From an uncultured Gemmatimonadaceae bacterium (GTDB taxonomy: Bacteria > Gemmatimonadota > Gemmatimonadetes > Gemmatimonadales > Gemmatimonadaceae): a DNA stretch of 64,000 nt. Positions 9,338 through 18,011 of the stretch are shown in pieces. The stretch is taken from the NCBI GenBank assembly GCA_963705025.1, contig CAVPIP010000002.1, forward strand, positions 237,697-301,696, read 5' to 3'. The notes under the pieces were generated by a model. It worked only from the letters and a program-made list of their open reading frames with translations. It had not been told where the DNA came from and did no database searches. Made by a program: the position numbers and the translations under genes. How positions within the stretch are numbered: position 1 is the stretch's first letter; each line of letters begins with the position of its first letter.

Positions 9338-11028
9338 GCGTTGGATCGCGAAGAGGGCAGGTCGATCGTGAACGTCGTGCCGCGGCCCGGCGCGCTGTCG
9401 ACCCTGAGATCGCCCTGCAGATCCGCGGTCAGCCGTCGCACGACGGAGAGTCCCAGGCCCGTGCCGCCGGCCTTCGTCGTGTGAAAGTCGTCGAAGGCGT
9501 GCGCAAGCTCTTCGTTCGTCATCCCGCGCCCCGTATCCGCGACGATCACGCGCACGCCGCCGGCAGGCGAGCGCAGCGTCTCGAGCGTGACCTCGCCATT
9601 CGCCGTCGCCAGACTCTCGATCGCGTTGCGCAGGAGGTTGTCGAGAATGCGTCGCAGCACCACTGGATCGCCGACGACGGCCGGCAGCGGATCGGCGATT
9701 CGCGATTGCACGACGATCCCGCCCGCGCTCGCCGAGCGGACGGCGTCGCGCGCCACGGCGCTCGCGTCGAAGGTGCGACGCTCCGTGCGCGGCGTGAGGC
9801 GTGCGTAGTTGCGCGCCAGCGTGTCGAGGTAGCCGATGCTCGACTCGAGCGTCGCCTTCCGTTCGGCGAAGACTGCGGGCAGTCGCTCGGGCTCGCGCTC
9901 TTCGACTTCGGCGAAGTGTTGGACGACGTTCCGAATTGGGATGAGACCGTTCTTGATGTCGTGGTTGACCTGCCGCGCCATGTCGCCGACGGTCGCGCGT
10001 CGCTCGGCGTCACGGAGCTGGACCGCGCTCGCACGCAGCCGGCGGCCCATGACGCCGAAGCGGCGCGCGAGCGTGCCGATCTCGTCGTCGCGGCCGGTCG
10101 GAAGCTCCGCCTCCGGTCCGTCGAGCGCAATCGTCTGCGTCGCCGTCGCCAATTCGGCGAGCGGTTTGCTGAGCGCCGCCGACATCCAGGCCGCGAACGC
10201 CAGGCCGGCGATCGTCGCCGCCGCGAGTGCGAGCGCGAACCAACGATTCACGTCGCGGCGAATCGCGTCGAGCTCGGCGCTCGAGTGCGTGACCACGAGC
10301 CGCGCGGGCGACACGCGCATCGAATCGGCGGCGGCACCGCGCGCGTCGATGTAGGCCAACTGCTGTTCCGCGGATACGCTCTTCGCGCTGGCCGCGGCAC
10401 CGCTGTCGGAGGAGACGGTTCCCTCCGGCGTCACGAGCGAGACCGCGACGTCGCTGTCGCGCGCGAAGCGGGCGAGAAACGCGCGGTCGATCGCGACGCC
10501 GCCCACGAGCGTGAACGGGCGGTCGCCGATGTTCACGGTGTCCGTGCGCGCGAGCGCGAGAAAGGGACCCTCCGGCGCGCGCACCGAGACGACGGTCGGC
10601 CGATCGGCCGAGTGGGCGAGCAGTTGCGGCAGCGCGGGTTCGAGTCGATCGAATTCGTTTCGAAAGTGGCCGGAGCTCAGAATGCGTCCGGTCGCATCCT
10701 GCAGTTGCAGCATCGACAGCCCCGTGATCCGCATGGCGCCGCCGGCCCAATCGAGTAGAAATGGGCGCTCGGATGCCGCGCCGCGCACCGCGAGCCGAAG
10801 GTCGTTGTCGTTCGACAGCGAGCGGGCAAGGCCGTCGAGCCGCGCCGAGACGGCGGCGTTCTCTCGTGCGAGATCCTGCATCGCAACGTGCGCGAGCGCC
10901 TCGACCCGCCGCTGATGTTGCGCCACCACGCGCGACGTGAGCTGCTGTCGAACGCCGATCGCGAACAGCGAGAGCGACAGCACGGTCGCGGCGGCGAAGC
11001 CGAGGAGGAGCTTGCCGCGAAACGTCAT
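9334..11028 (-). CDS. sensor histidine kinase (TM-sensor-HAMP-HisKA-HATPase)
   Basis: The start ATG at 11028 overlaps the upstream stop (ATGA), and the stop overlaps the regulator ATG at 9337. H-box [17 protein letters not shown]-box LRNAIES, G-boxes DTGRGM and GTGLGLS. Confidence 0.85.
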   Translation of the reverse strand: MTFRGKLLLGFAAATVLSLSLFAIGVRQQLTSRVVAQHQRRVEALAHVAMQDLARENAAVSARLDGLARSLSNDNDLRLAVRGAASERPFLLDWAGGAMRITGLSMLQLQDATGRILSSGHFRNEFDRLEPALPQLLAHSADRPTVVSVRAPEGPFLALARTDTVNIGDRPFTLVGGVAIDRAFLARFARDSDVAVSLVTPEGTVSSDSGAAASAKSVSAEQQLAYIDARGAAADSMRVSPARLVVTHSSAELDAIRRDVNRWFALALAAATIAGLAFAAWMSAALSKPLAELATATQTIALDGPEAELPTGRDDEIGTLARRFGVMGRRLRASAVQLRDAERRATVGDMARQVNHDIKNGLIPIRNVVQHFAEVEEREPERLPAVFAERKATLESSIGYLDTLARNYARLTPRTERRTFDASAVARDAVRSASAGGIVVQSRIADPLPAVVGDPVVLRRILDNLLRNAIESLATANGEVTLETLRSPAGGVRVIVADTGRGMTNEELAHAFDDFHTTKAGGTGLGLSVVRRLTADLQGDLRVDSAPGRGTTFTIDLPSSRSNA

Positions 11029-12464
11029 GGCCGGCCCGTCGCGGCGCCGAGTCTGAGCACGCCGTCGAAATCGATCGTGGCCGCCACGCGCCGGCGATTC
11101 GCCAGGGCGGGTTCGCGCGTGTCGACGAGCGGAACGATCGCATCGCCGACGCCGCCGCCGTCGGCGAGCCACGGCGCGGCCGACACGAGAGCGCGTAGAT
11201 CGTGACAGGGCGCGAGCGATGCGCGCGGCAGATCCACGACGTATCCGGTCTCGTCTCCCGCGCGCAGCGCTCGCGCGAGCTCGGCGGCGGTCAGCGGCGT
11301 TGCCGTGGCGCGCGGGCCAAGCGCCACGAGACGTTCGGCGAGCGCGCGCGCGACAGGGTCATCTGCTCGATAAACGATTCTACGCGCGCGTTGGCCGACG
11401 GTCCCGGGCGACGCGCCTTGCGGGCGCTGCAGATCGCATCCTGAACCACTCCACCAACCCCGGGGCTCGGCGCCGCGCGCGTCGGCGCGAACGGCGTCGC
11501 GAGCCAACGAGGCGCGAAATACCGCGGCGGAATCGGGCGTGGCCAGCGCCAGCTGCGACACGACGCTCGCGTCGCGAGCTGGTACCAGCAGTACGTACGT
11601 GTGTTGCCACGGCAGCGGCACCACGCCAAGGTCGGGCTTCGCGGCGGCGTAGCGCACGGCCAGCGGATCGGCGCCGACGAGCAGGTCGACGCCCGAATCG
11701 ATCGCGTCTCGCGCATCGGGCCCCGAGCGAATCGAAAGCACCGGCGCCGCGTGCGGAGCGACCGGCGCCAGTGTGAGCCGTCCGGGGGCTACGTCGCTTG
11801 CCGGCTCGAGCGCGCGATAGGAGCCCGTCCCGGCCGGCCATCGCGCGCCGATCGTTCGACGAACCACCGCAACCGCCGGCTCGGCGAGCACGAGCCATTC
11901 CGTGTCGGGAAGCGAGACGGTGATCGTCCGATCATCGACGATCGTTGTACCGTCGGCGAGGCGACGGGCGAGGCTGGAATCGGCAGACCGAACGGAGCGC
12001 CACGCGTCGACCACGTCCCGCGTGGAGACGGCGTCGCCGTTCGAGAAGCGGGCGCCATCGCGGAGCTCGAGCGTCACGCGAGTCCTGGTCGCGTCGATCG
12101 TCCACGAGCGCGCCAATCCTGGGTAGGCGCGTCCCTCGCAATCGACGTTGATCAGCGTTTCATAAAGCTGCGCGAACACAAAGCGCTCGCCGTCGGTGAC
12201 CGGCGCGGGCGCGTGACTCGAAGCGATGGGCGTGGTCGTCGCGACCGACAGCGACTCGGCCGGACTGGCCTCGGTCGCGGCGACCGCACACGCGCGCGGG
12301 GGCGCGGCCGCCTGCGGCGACGGCGTGACGCATCCCGGAAGCGAGAGGATCAGGGGACCGAGCGCCGCTGCCGCGAACGCGGCGCAAGCCGCGCGCCGAC
12401 ACCGAGCTGTCAATGACGTCGCCTGCCGTGAGAAGGGTCGAATGCCGCTGTTCTTCCTCCTCAC
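11025..12464 (-). CDS. lipoprotein resembling solute-binding protein family 5 (peptide/nickel type), first gene of the sensor operon
   Basis: Lipoprotein signal LILSLPGC. The family-5-like segment is FVFAQLYETLINVDCEGRAYPGLARSWTIDATRTRVTLELRDGARFSNGDAV. The gene is translationally coupled to the kinase gene. Confidence 0.65.
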   Translation of the reverse strand: MRRKNSGIRPFSRQATSLTARCRRAACAAFAAAALGPLILSLPGCVTPSPQAAAPPRACAVAATEASPAESLSVATTTPIASSHAPAPVTDGERFVFAQLYETLINVDCEGRAYPGLARSWTIDATRTRVTLELRDGARFSNGDAVSTRDVVDAWRSVRSADSSLARRLADGTTIVDDRTITVSLPDTEWLVLAEPAVAVVRRTIGARWPAGTGSYRALEPASDVAPGRLTLAPVAPHAAPVLSIRSGPDARDAIDSGVDLLVGADPLAVRYAAAKPDLGVVPLPWQHTYVLLVPARDASVVSQLALATPDSAAVFRASLARDAVRADARGAEPRGWWSGSGCDLQRPQGASPGTVGQRARRIVYRADDPVARALAERLVALGPRATATPLTAAELARALRAGDETGYVVDLPRASLAPCHDLRALVSAAPWLADGGGVGDAIVPLVDTREPALANRRRVAATIDFDGVLRLGAATGRP

Positions 12465-12780
12465 GTCAACCTTAGAGGGCGACCGCCCGACTCGCTACCG
12501 GTGCGGCCTACTTCTCGGCGATGACCGAATCGTGTGTCGACGCCGGTGTCGTCCGTTGCTGTGGCGAGTCTGTGGGCCCGGCGGCTCTGACCGAGTCCAG
12601 TCTCGAGCGACGCAGCCTCGTGCCGCGACGTGAGACAAAAAGAAAGTCCGCGTGATCCGCTTGATCCGCCACGTCCGCGTGTTCAAGAGTCGGTGTGGCC
12701 GGCTCCACTCTGGAGCGCTGTTCGTCAAGTCGCAATCGGCCCAACTTTACCCATTCGAATCCACGAGGAACCCTCTTGTT

Positions 12781-13218
12781 TCAAACCAGTGTGCGCTCTG
12801 CGTGCGTTTTGAGCCCTGTCGCGAAACTGTCCACTTCCGGTTGGCGATCGCCGACCGACTTTCCGATGAGCGACGCCAATGGCCCGCTCATCCGCAGATG
12901 CAGTCGAAACTCCGCGCCATTCGCGCTCGGCGTCACGGTGAACGTGCGTCGCCCAACGAACAGACCCAACGGCAGGCCGCCGGTCCACTCCATGCGCATG
13001 GGTGGTTCGAGCGCGGTCACCCGCATCGGTACGCGCCGTACGGCGCCGCTGCCCAGGCGGACTTGCGCCGTGATGCGTTCTCCGAGGGCGAAGCGGCCCT
13101 CGATGCGAATGATCTCGGGGTTCCATTCCCCGTACGCGGCGGCATCGGTCAGGATTGCCCAGACCGTCGCCGGCGGCGCGTTGACGAAGCACGTCGACGT
13201 ATACTCCTTCGCGGCCAC
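12781..13218 (-). CDS. SRPBCC (polyketide cyclase/START-like) family protein
   Basis: 145 aa. The N-terminus FVNAPPATVWAILTDAAAYGEWNP is typical of this fold family. Confidence 0.65.
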   Translation of the reverse strand: MAAKEYTSTCFVNAPPATVWAILTDAAAYGEWNPEIIRIEGRFALGERITAQVRLGSGAVRRVPMRVTALEPPMRMEWTGGLPLGLFVGRRTFTVTPSANGAEFRLHLRMSGPLASLIGKSVGDRQPEVDSFATGLKTHAERTLV

Positions 13219-13287
13219 GCCGTCACCTCCGGATTCAGGGCGACTCTTGTCTCGTCCGGTGAGACACGGACACTTTGAAAGGTATTC

Positions 13288-14094
13288 ATGATCGTCGGAC
13301 TTGCATCGCCCCGCGTTGCCGCGTCGATCGACGACGGCCTGGAACGGATCCGCCGCTTGGTCGCCGACGCGGCCTCGCGGGGCGCGGGAATCGTGTGCTT
13401 CCCGGAAGCCTACTTGCCCGGTTTACGCGGGCAAGACTTCGACGTCCCACCCTGGAACGAGGCCGAGCAGGCGCGCGCGTTGGGGGTCGTCGCGGACTAC
13501 GCCAGGTCGTACGGAATCGCGGTCATTCTCGGCATGGAGCGGATCACCGACTCGGGAAGCCAGATCGCCGCGTTCGTGTTCGACGCGGGCGGCGAGCTGC
13601 TCGGCGTCCAGACCAAGAATCAGCTCGATCCGACCGAAGATCGGTTCTACGTGCCGGGAACGACGAGGCAGGTCTTCGAGGTCAACGGCGTCAAATTCGG
13701 CATCGCCATTTGTCATGAAGGCTGGCGGTATCCCGAGACGGTCAGATGGGCCGCCACTCGAGGTGCGAAGATCGTCTTCCATCCGCAGCTCACCGGCACG
13801 GACCGCGAGGGCGTGCGTCTCACCGAGTGGGCGTCGCCGAACGCGCCGTACTATGAGAAGGCGATGGTGTGCCGCAGCATCGAGAACACGATCTACTTCG
13901 CCAGCGTGAACTACGCGGTGCGCTTTCAGGAGTCGGCGACCGCCCTCATCGCGCCGAACGGCGAGTGCCAGGCGTTTCTGCCGTACGGCACGGAGGGCGT
14001 GCTGGTGCAGCGCATCGACATCGATGTCGCGACCGGTGTGCTCGCGGCACGCTATGCGCCGAGCCGCTATCGGGAGGCCGCGGGCGAGCGCTAG
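13288..14094 (+). CDS. carbon-nitrogen hydrolase (nitrilase superfamily)
   Basis: The Glu-Lys-Cys triad contexts are CFPEAYLPG, VQTKNQL and GIAICHEGWRYPE. 268 aa, intact. Confidence 0.85.
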   Translation: MIVGLASPRVAASIDDGLERIRRLVADAASRGAGIVCFPEAYLPGLRGQDFDVPPWNEAEQARALGVVADYARSYGIAVILGMERITDSGSQIAAFVFDAGGELLGVQTKNQLDPTEDRFYVPGTTRQVFEVNGVKFGIAICHEGWRYPETVRWAATRGAKIVFHPQLTGTDREGVRLTEWASPNAPYYEKAMVCRSIENTIYFASVNYAVRFQESATALIAPNGECQAFLPYGTEGVLVQRIDIDVATGVLAARYAPSRYREAAGER

Positions 14095-16313
14095 ACGAGA
14101 TTCATCTTGCGCAACAGCGCGGTGAATCTCGGGTGATGGTGCAGCGGGGTAAAGAGGAATGAGCCTCTGATGCCGTACACGGCGCCCGCACGAATCTCGT
14201 ACGCGCGCTCGAGATAATCGATCGCGCGGTCGTGCTCGCCAAGGCCGGTGTGCACGTACGCGAAATGATACGGCGAGACGAAGCGCTGGTTCGCGGCCGC
14301 CTCGAGTCGTCGAAGAATGGCGCGCGCCTCCTCGACGTTGCCGGCCATCGCCTGCACTTGTCCGAGCTGCGCCAGCCAGAGACTCGCGTCCGGCGAGAGG
14401 GACACTGCCCGGCGAAGATGCTCGAGCGCGGCCGCGTACTGTCCCTGCTTCGCATACGTCCACGCCAGCGTCGCGTGGCCCCGCGAGCTCTGCGGGTCGC
14501 CGTCGATCGACCGCTGGGCGGTTCGTCGAGCATCCTCATACAAGCCCGCGCGAAGCTGCGTGGTCGCCATGTCGTTGCGATGCACGAGCGGGTCGAGCTC
14601 GTAGGCGCGAGTCTGCAGCGTGATCGCTTCGTCGAACCGGCACATCGAGGAGCACAGGCGGCCGTACAGATCGTACGTGTCCGCGCTGCCTGGAGTCAGC
14701 TCGAGCGATCGCTTGAACGACTGTTCCGCGCCGGCCCAATCGAACTCGCCCATGAACTTGGCGACGGCGAGGACGCAATGCGCCTCCCCGAGCTCGGGAT
14801 CGAGGTGGATCGCGCGCAACGCGGCGTCCTTGCTCATGCGGCGGCCTTCGTCCGACGGCATCTCGCCCGTTTCGGCCAGCTCACTGTAGGCGAGGGCCAG
14901 TCCGACATAGGCCAGCGCGTACTTCGGATCCACGGCGATCGCGCGCTGGAACAACTCGATGCCTTCCCGCATGCCGGTCGCGGTGAATCGGACGTATCGG
15001 TGTCGGCCTTGCAGATACAGCTCGTACGCCTCGAGGCTTTCCGTCGGCTCTCGGCCGATGCGCGTTCGCTCATCCCGCGTCAGCGTCGTCCGCAGCGCGG
15101 CGGCGATCTGCAGGGCGACGTCCTCCTGGATCGCGAAGATGTCGGTGAGCTCCCGGTCGTACGTGGCCGACCACAGGTGGTGATCGCTGGCGACGTCGAT
15201 GAGCTGGCCGACGATGCGCACGCGATTCGCCGCTCGGCGCACGCTTCCCTCGAGAATCGTCGTGACCTCGAGCGCCGCGCCGATGTCGCGAAGACTCTGC
15301 TCCCGCGTTCGGTACCGCATGACCGATGTTCGCGAGATCACGCGCAACGAGCGAATTCGCGACAACTGCGCGATCACGTCTTCGGTGATGCCGTCGGCAA
15401 AGTACTCGTTGTCGGGATCGGCGCTCAGATTGCGAAAGGGCAAGACGGCGATCGTCGGTCCTCGTGGCGCGGGCGCGTCGGTTTCGACGAGAGCCGCCGC
15501 GATGGCGGCGGCGGACTCGAACCGATTCGACGGGTCCGGCGCCAGTGCCTTCTCGAGGGCCCGCTCGATGCGCGACGGGATCTCGCTGCGCAACCGGCGC
15601 ACGCCCGGTGCCGGCGTCGTGAGGCGCTTCGCGAGAATCGCCAACGGCGTCGGCCCGTGATGCGGCGACTCGCCGGCCAACATCTCGTACAGCACACAGG
15701 CCAGGCTGTACACGTCGCTGCGCGCGTCGACGCCCTGCTCGCCGATCGCCTGCTCGGGGCTCATGTACTCGGGCGTGCCGACGAGCATTCCCGTCGCGGT
15801 GAGGCGCGTGGTGGCCGATCGCGTCATGGCCAGCGCGATGCCGAAGTCCGCGACCATCGCCTCGCCCTCGTGGAGCAGAATGTTCTCGGGCTTGATATCG
15901 CGGTGAATCACGCCTTCGCCGTGCGCGAACGACAGCGCCGCGGCGACGTGCCGAGTGATGCGGATGGCGTCGTCGACGGCGAGGCGCCCTTCGCGGTCCA
16001 GCTTCTGCCGCAGCGATTCACCGCGCACGAACGGCATCACGTAGTACAGCAGATCACCCGCCGCCCCGGAGTCGTACAGCGGGACGATGTGCGGATGGCT
16101 GAGTCGCGCGGCCGTCTCGATCTCCTGGAGGAAGCGATCGGTCCCGATCGTGGCGGCCAGCTCGGGATGAAGCACCTTGATCGCCACCTTGCGACGATGC
16201 TTGACGTCGTCCGCGAGATAGACCGTCGCCATTCCGCCGCGCCCGAGCTCACGCTCAATCATGTAGCGGCCGTTCAGAGACTCGTTGATGCGCGCGGAAT
16301 AGTCGGCCTGCAT
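14091..16313 (-). CDS. Ser/Thr protein kinase with TolB-N-like linker module and C-terminal TPR array
   Basis: Start at internal ATG 16313 (MQADYS...). Kinase motifs GRGGMATVY, AIKVL, HRDIKPENIL, DFG and TPEYMSPEQ. These are followed by FRNLSADPDNEYFADGITEDVIAQLS and multiple TPRs. Confidence 0.9.
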   Translation of the reverse strand: MQADYSARINESLNGRYMIERELGRGGMATVYLADDVKHRRKVAIKVLHPELAATIGTDRFLQEIETAARLSHPHIVPLYDSGAAGDLLYYVMPFVRGESLRQKLDREGRLAVDDAIRITRHVAAALSFAHGEGVIHRDIKPENILLHEGEAMVADFGIALAMTRSATTRLTATGMLVGTPEYMSPEQAIGEQGVDARSDVYSLACVLYEMLAGESPHHGPTPLAILAKRLTTPAPGVRRLRSEIPSRIERALEKALAPDPSNRFESAAAIAAALVETDAPAPRGPTIAVLPFRNLSADPDNEYFADGITEDVIAQLSRIRSLRVISRTSVMRYRTREQSLRDIGAALEVTTILEGSVRRAANRVRIVGQLIDVASDHHLWSATYDRELTDIFAIQEDVALQIAAALRTTLTRDERTRIGREPTESLEAYELYLQGRHRYVRFTATGMREGIELFQRAIAVDPKYALAYVGLALAYSELAETGEMPSDEGRRMSKDAALRAIHLDPELGEAHCVLAVAKFMGEFDWAGAEQSFKRSLELTPGSADTYDLYGRLCSSMCRFDEAITLQTRAYELDPLVHRNDMATTQLRAGLYEDARRTAQRSIDGDPQSSRGHATLAWTYAKQGQYAAALEHLRRAVSLSPDASLWLAQLGQVQAMAGNVEEARAILRRLEAAANQRFVSPYHFAYVHTGLGEHDRAIDYLERAYEIRAGAVYGIRGSFLFTPLHHHPRFTALLRKMNLV

Positions 16314-16498
16314 GCTCTCACGTCGCTCGGGAGACGTAAGGTGCAGGACGGGCGACGAGGCGTCAACGACGGAGCGCTTGCGCGAGTATATCACTCGTAG
16401 CATGTGCGGTGGGGCGGAAGTACCTTCCCCTCCGCCGACACGCCGTTCTCTCGTCACGGAGCGCCGCCCATACTCGCCACCACGTCGACACCCGCGCG

Positions 16499-18011
16499 AT
16501 GACTCGTTGGGCCTGGGTCATCGATCAAACTCGCTGCATCGGCTGTCACGCGTGTACGACGGCGTGCAAATCCGAAAATGACGTCCCGGTCGGTGCCTTT
16601 CGCACCTGGGTCAAGAACGTCGAAGTCGGCACCTTCCCCGACGTCAAACGTCATTTCGCCGTTCTGCGCTGCAACCACTGCGCCGAGCCGCCGTGCGTCG
16701 ACGTCTGTCCCGTCACCGCGATGTACCAGCGGTCCGACGGCCTGGTCGACTTCGATCACGATGCGTGCATCGGCTGCAAGGCGTGCATGCAGGCATGTCC
16801 GTACGACGCGATCTACATGGACCCGGATTCGAACACCGCGGCCAAGTGCAACTTCTGCTCGCACCGCGTGGACGAGGGCCTGCTGCCGTCGTGCGTCGTC
16901 GTCTGCCCTGAAGAAGCGCTGCTCTTCGGCGACCTCGAGGATCCGACGAGCAAAGTCAGTCGCGCGCTCACAGAGCACCGCGTGACGGTGCGTCGTGCGG
17001 AGCAGGGCACGCGCCCGCACGCGTTCTACATCGGCGCGCACGACGCCACGCTCGATCCGCTCGCGGCGCGACACGACGCGACGTACATGTGGTCCGAGCG
17101 CGGCGCTCACGACGAACGAATGCGCACGCCGCCTGCGCGCAAGCCGCTACCGCTGGCGCCACCGGCGCCACCAGCACGCGTCGCCTACGACGTTCCAAGC
17201 CAGCGCGCGTGGGGCTGGCCTGTTTCATCGTACATCTGGACGAAAGGGCGTCGCGGCCGGACTTGGAATCCTCGCGGGCGCGGGCGAGTACGTCGACCTC
17301 GGCGGTGCAACGGTACGGGTGATCGCGCCGATCGTCGCACTCCTCTTTCTCGGCGTCACCGGCGGCCTGCTCGTCGGCGATCTCAAGCGACCGGAGCGCT
17401 TTTGGACGATCCTCGTGCGGCCCCAGTGGAAGAGTTGGCTCGCGCGCGGCGCGTTCATCATTACGGCGTACGGCGCCGCGCTCACAGCGTGGCTCGCACT
17501 CGCGGTGTTCGCGCACGGGCAGGGTCTCGGCGGCTTCGCGCCAGTCCTCGTCATATTGGCCGGGCTCACGGCCGGGTACACGGCGCCACTGCTCGGCCAA
17601 TGCGAGGCGCGCGACCTCTGGCAAACGCCTCTCTTGCTCCCGCACCTGATCGCGCACGCGCTCGTCGCCGGCCTTGCCGTTGTGCTCATCGTCGTGGGCG
17701 GAGGCGCGACGGCGCCGGCGGTGCGGCCGCTCTTCGTCGTCCTCCTGCTTCTGACAGGCACACTCTCGTTGATTGACGCGATCAAGCGACACACGACGGC
17801 GAACGCCACCGCGGCGGCGCACGCGTTGACGCACGGAGCGCAATCTCGATTCTTCTGGCTCGCACTTGGCCTCGGCGTTGTGCTGCCGGCGTTGCTCGTG
17901 CTGGCGGGTGGTGCGAGTCTCACCGTCGTCGCGGCGACGTTGTCGCTCGCGGGTCTCTGGCTGCACGGACACGCGTTCATTCTCGCCGGACAGGGGCCGC
18001 CGATCTCGTGA
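16499..18011 (+). CDS. 4Fe-4S dicluster ferredoxin fused to an NrfD/PsrC-type membrane subunit (one frameshift)
   Basis: Four Cys clusters are present: CIGCHACTTAC, CNHCAEPPCVDVCP, CIGCKACMQACP and CNFCSH...CVVVCP. The NrfD-like part starts WGWPVSSYIWTKG in ORF 16409..17776 and continues VAAGLGILAG... with ~8 TM segments in ORF 16995..18011. Removing one base in AAAGGG 17243-17248 joins the frames. Confidence 0.8.

Noticed and set aside
9040-10758. Long antisense or off-frame ORFs opposite real genes (e.g. 9040..10758 +, 14232..16400 +, 17225..19198 -, 21303..22856 +, 33002..34915 +, 34554..37274 +, 38354..40132 +, 39675..41531 +, 39826..41730 -, 42907..44280 -, 45110..46549 -, 46897..48144 -, 48330..49991 -, 59083..60147 -, 62617..63699 -)
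   Set aside because: These are typical high-GC shadow ORFs. They have Arg/Ala/Gly/Pro-dominated low-complexity translations with no recognisable motifs. Each overlaps a gene on the other strand or in another frame that has clear family signatures.
12754-12762. TTCGAATCC, a tRNA T-loop-like motif, as a sign of a tRNA or tRNA fragment
   Set aside because: The flanking bases cannot form a T stem (the 53-61 pair would be A-C). No acceptor or anticodon arms can be drawn on either strand.
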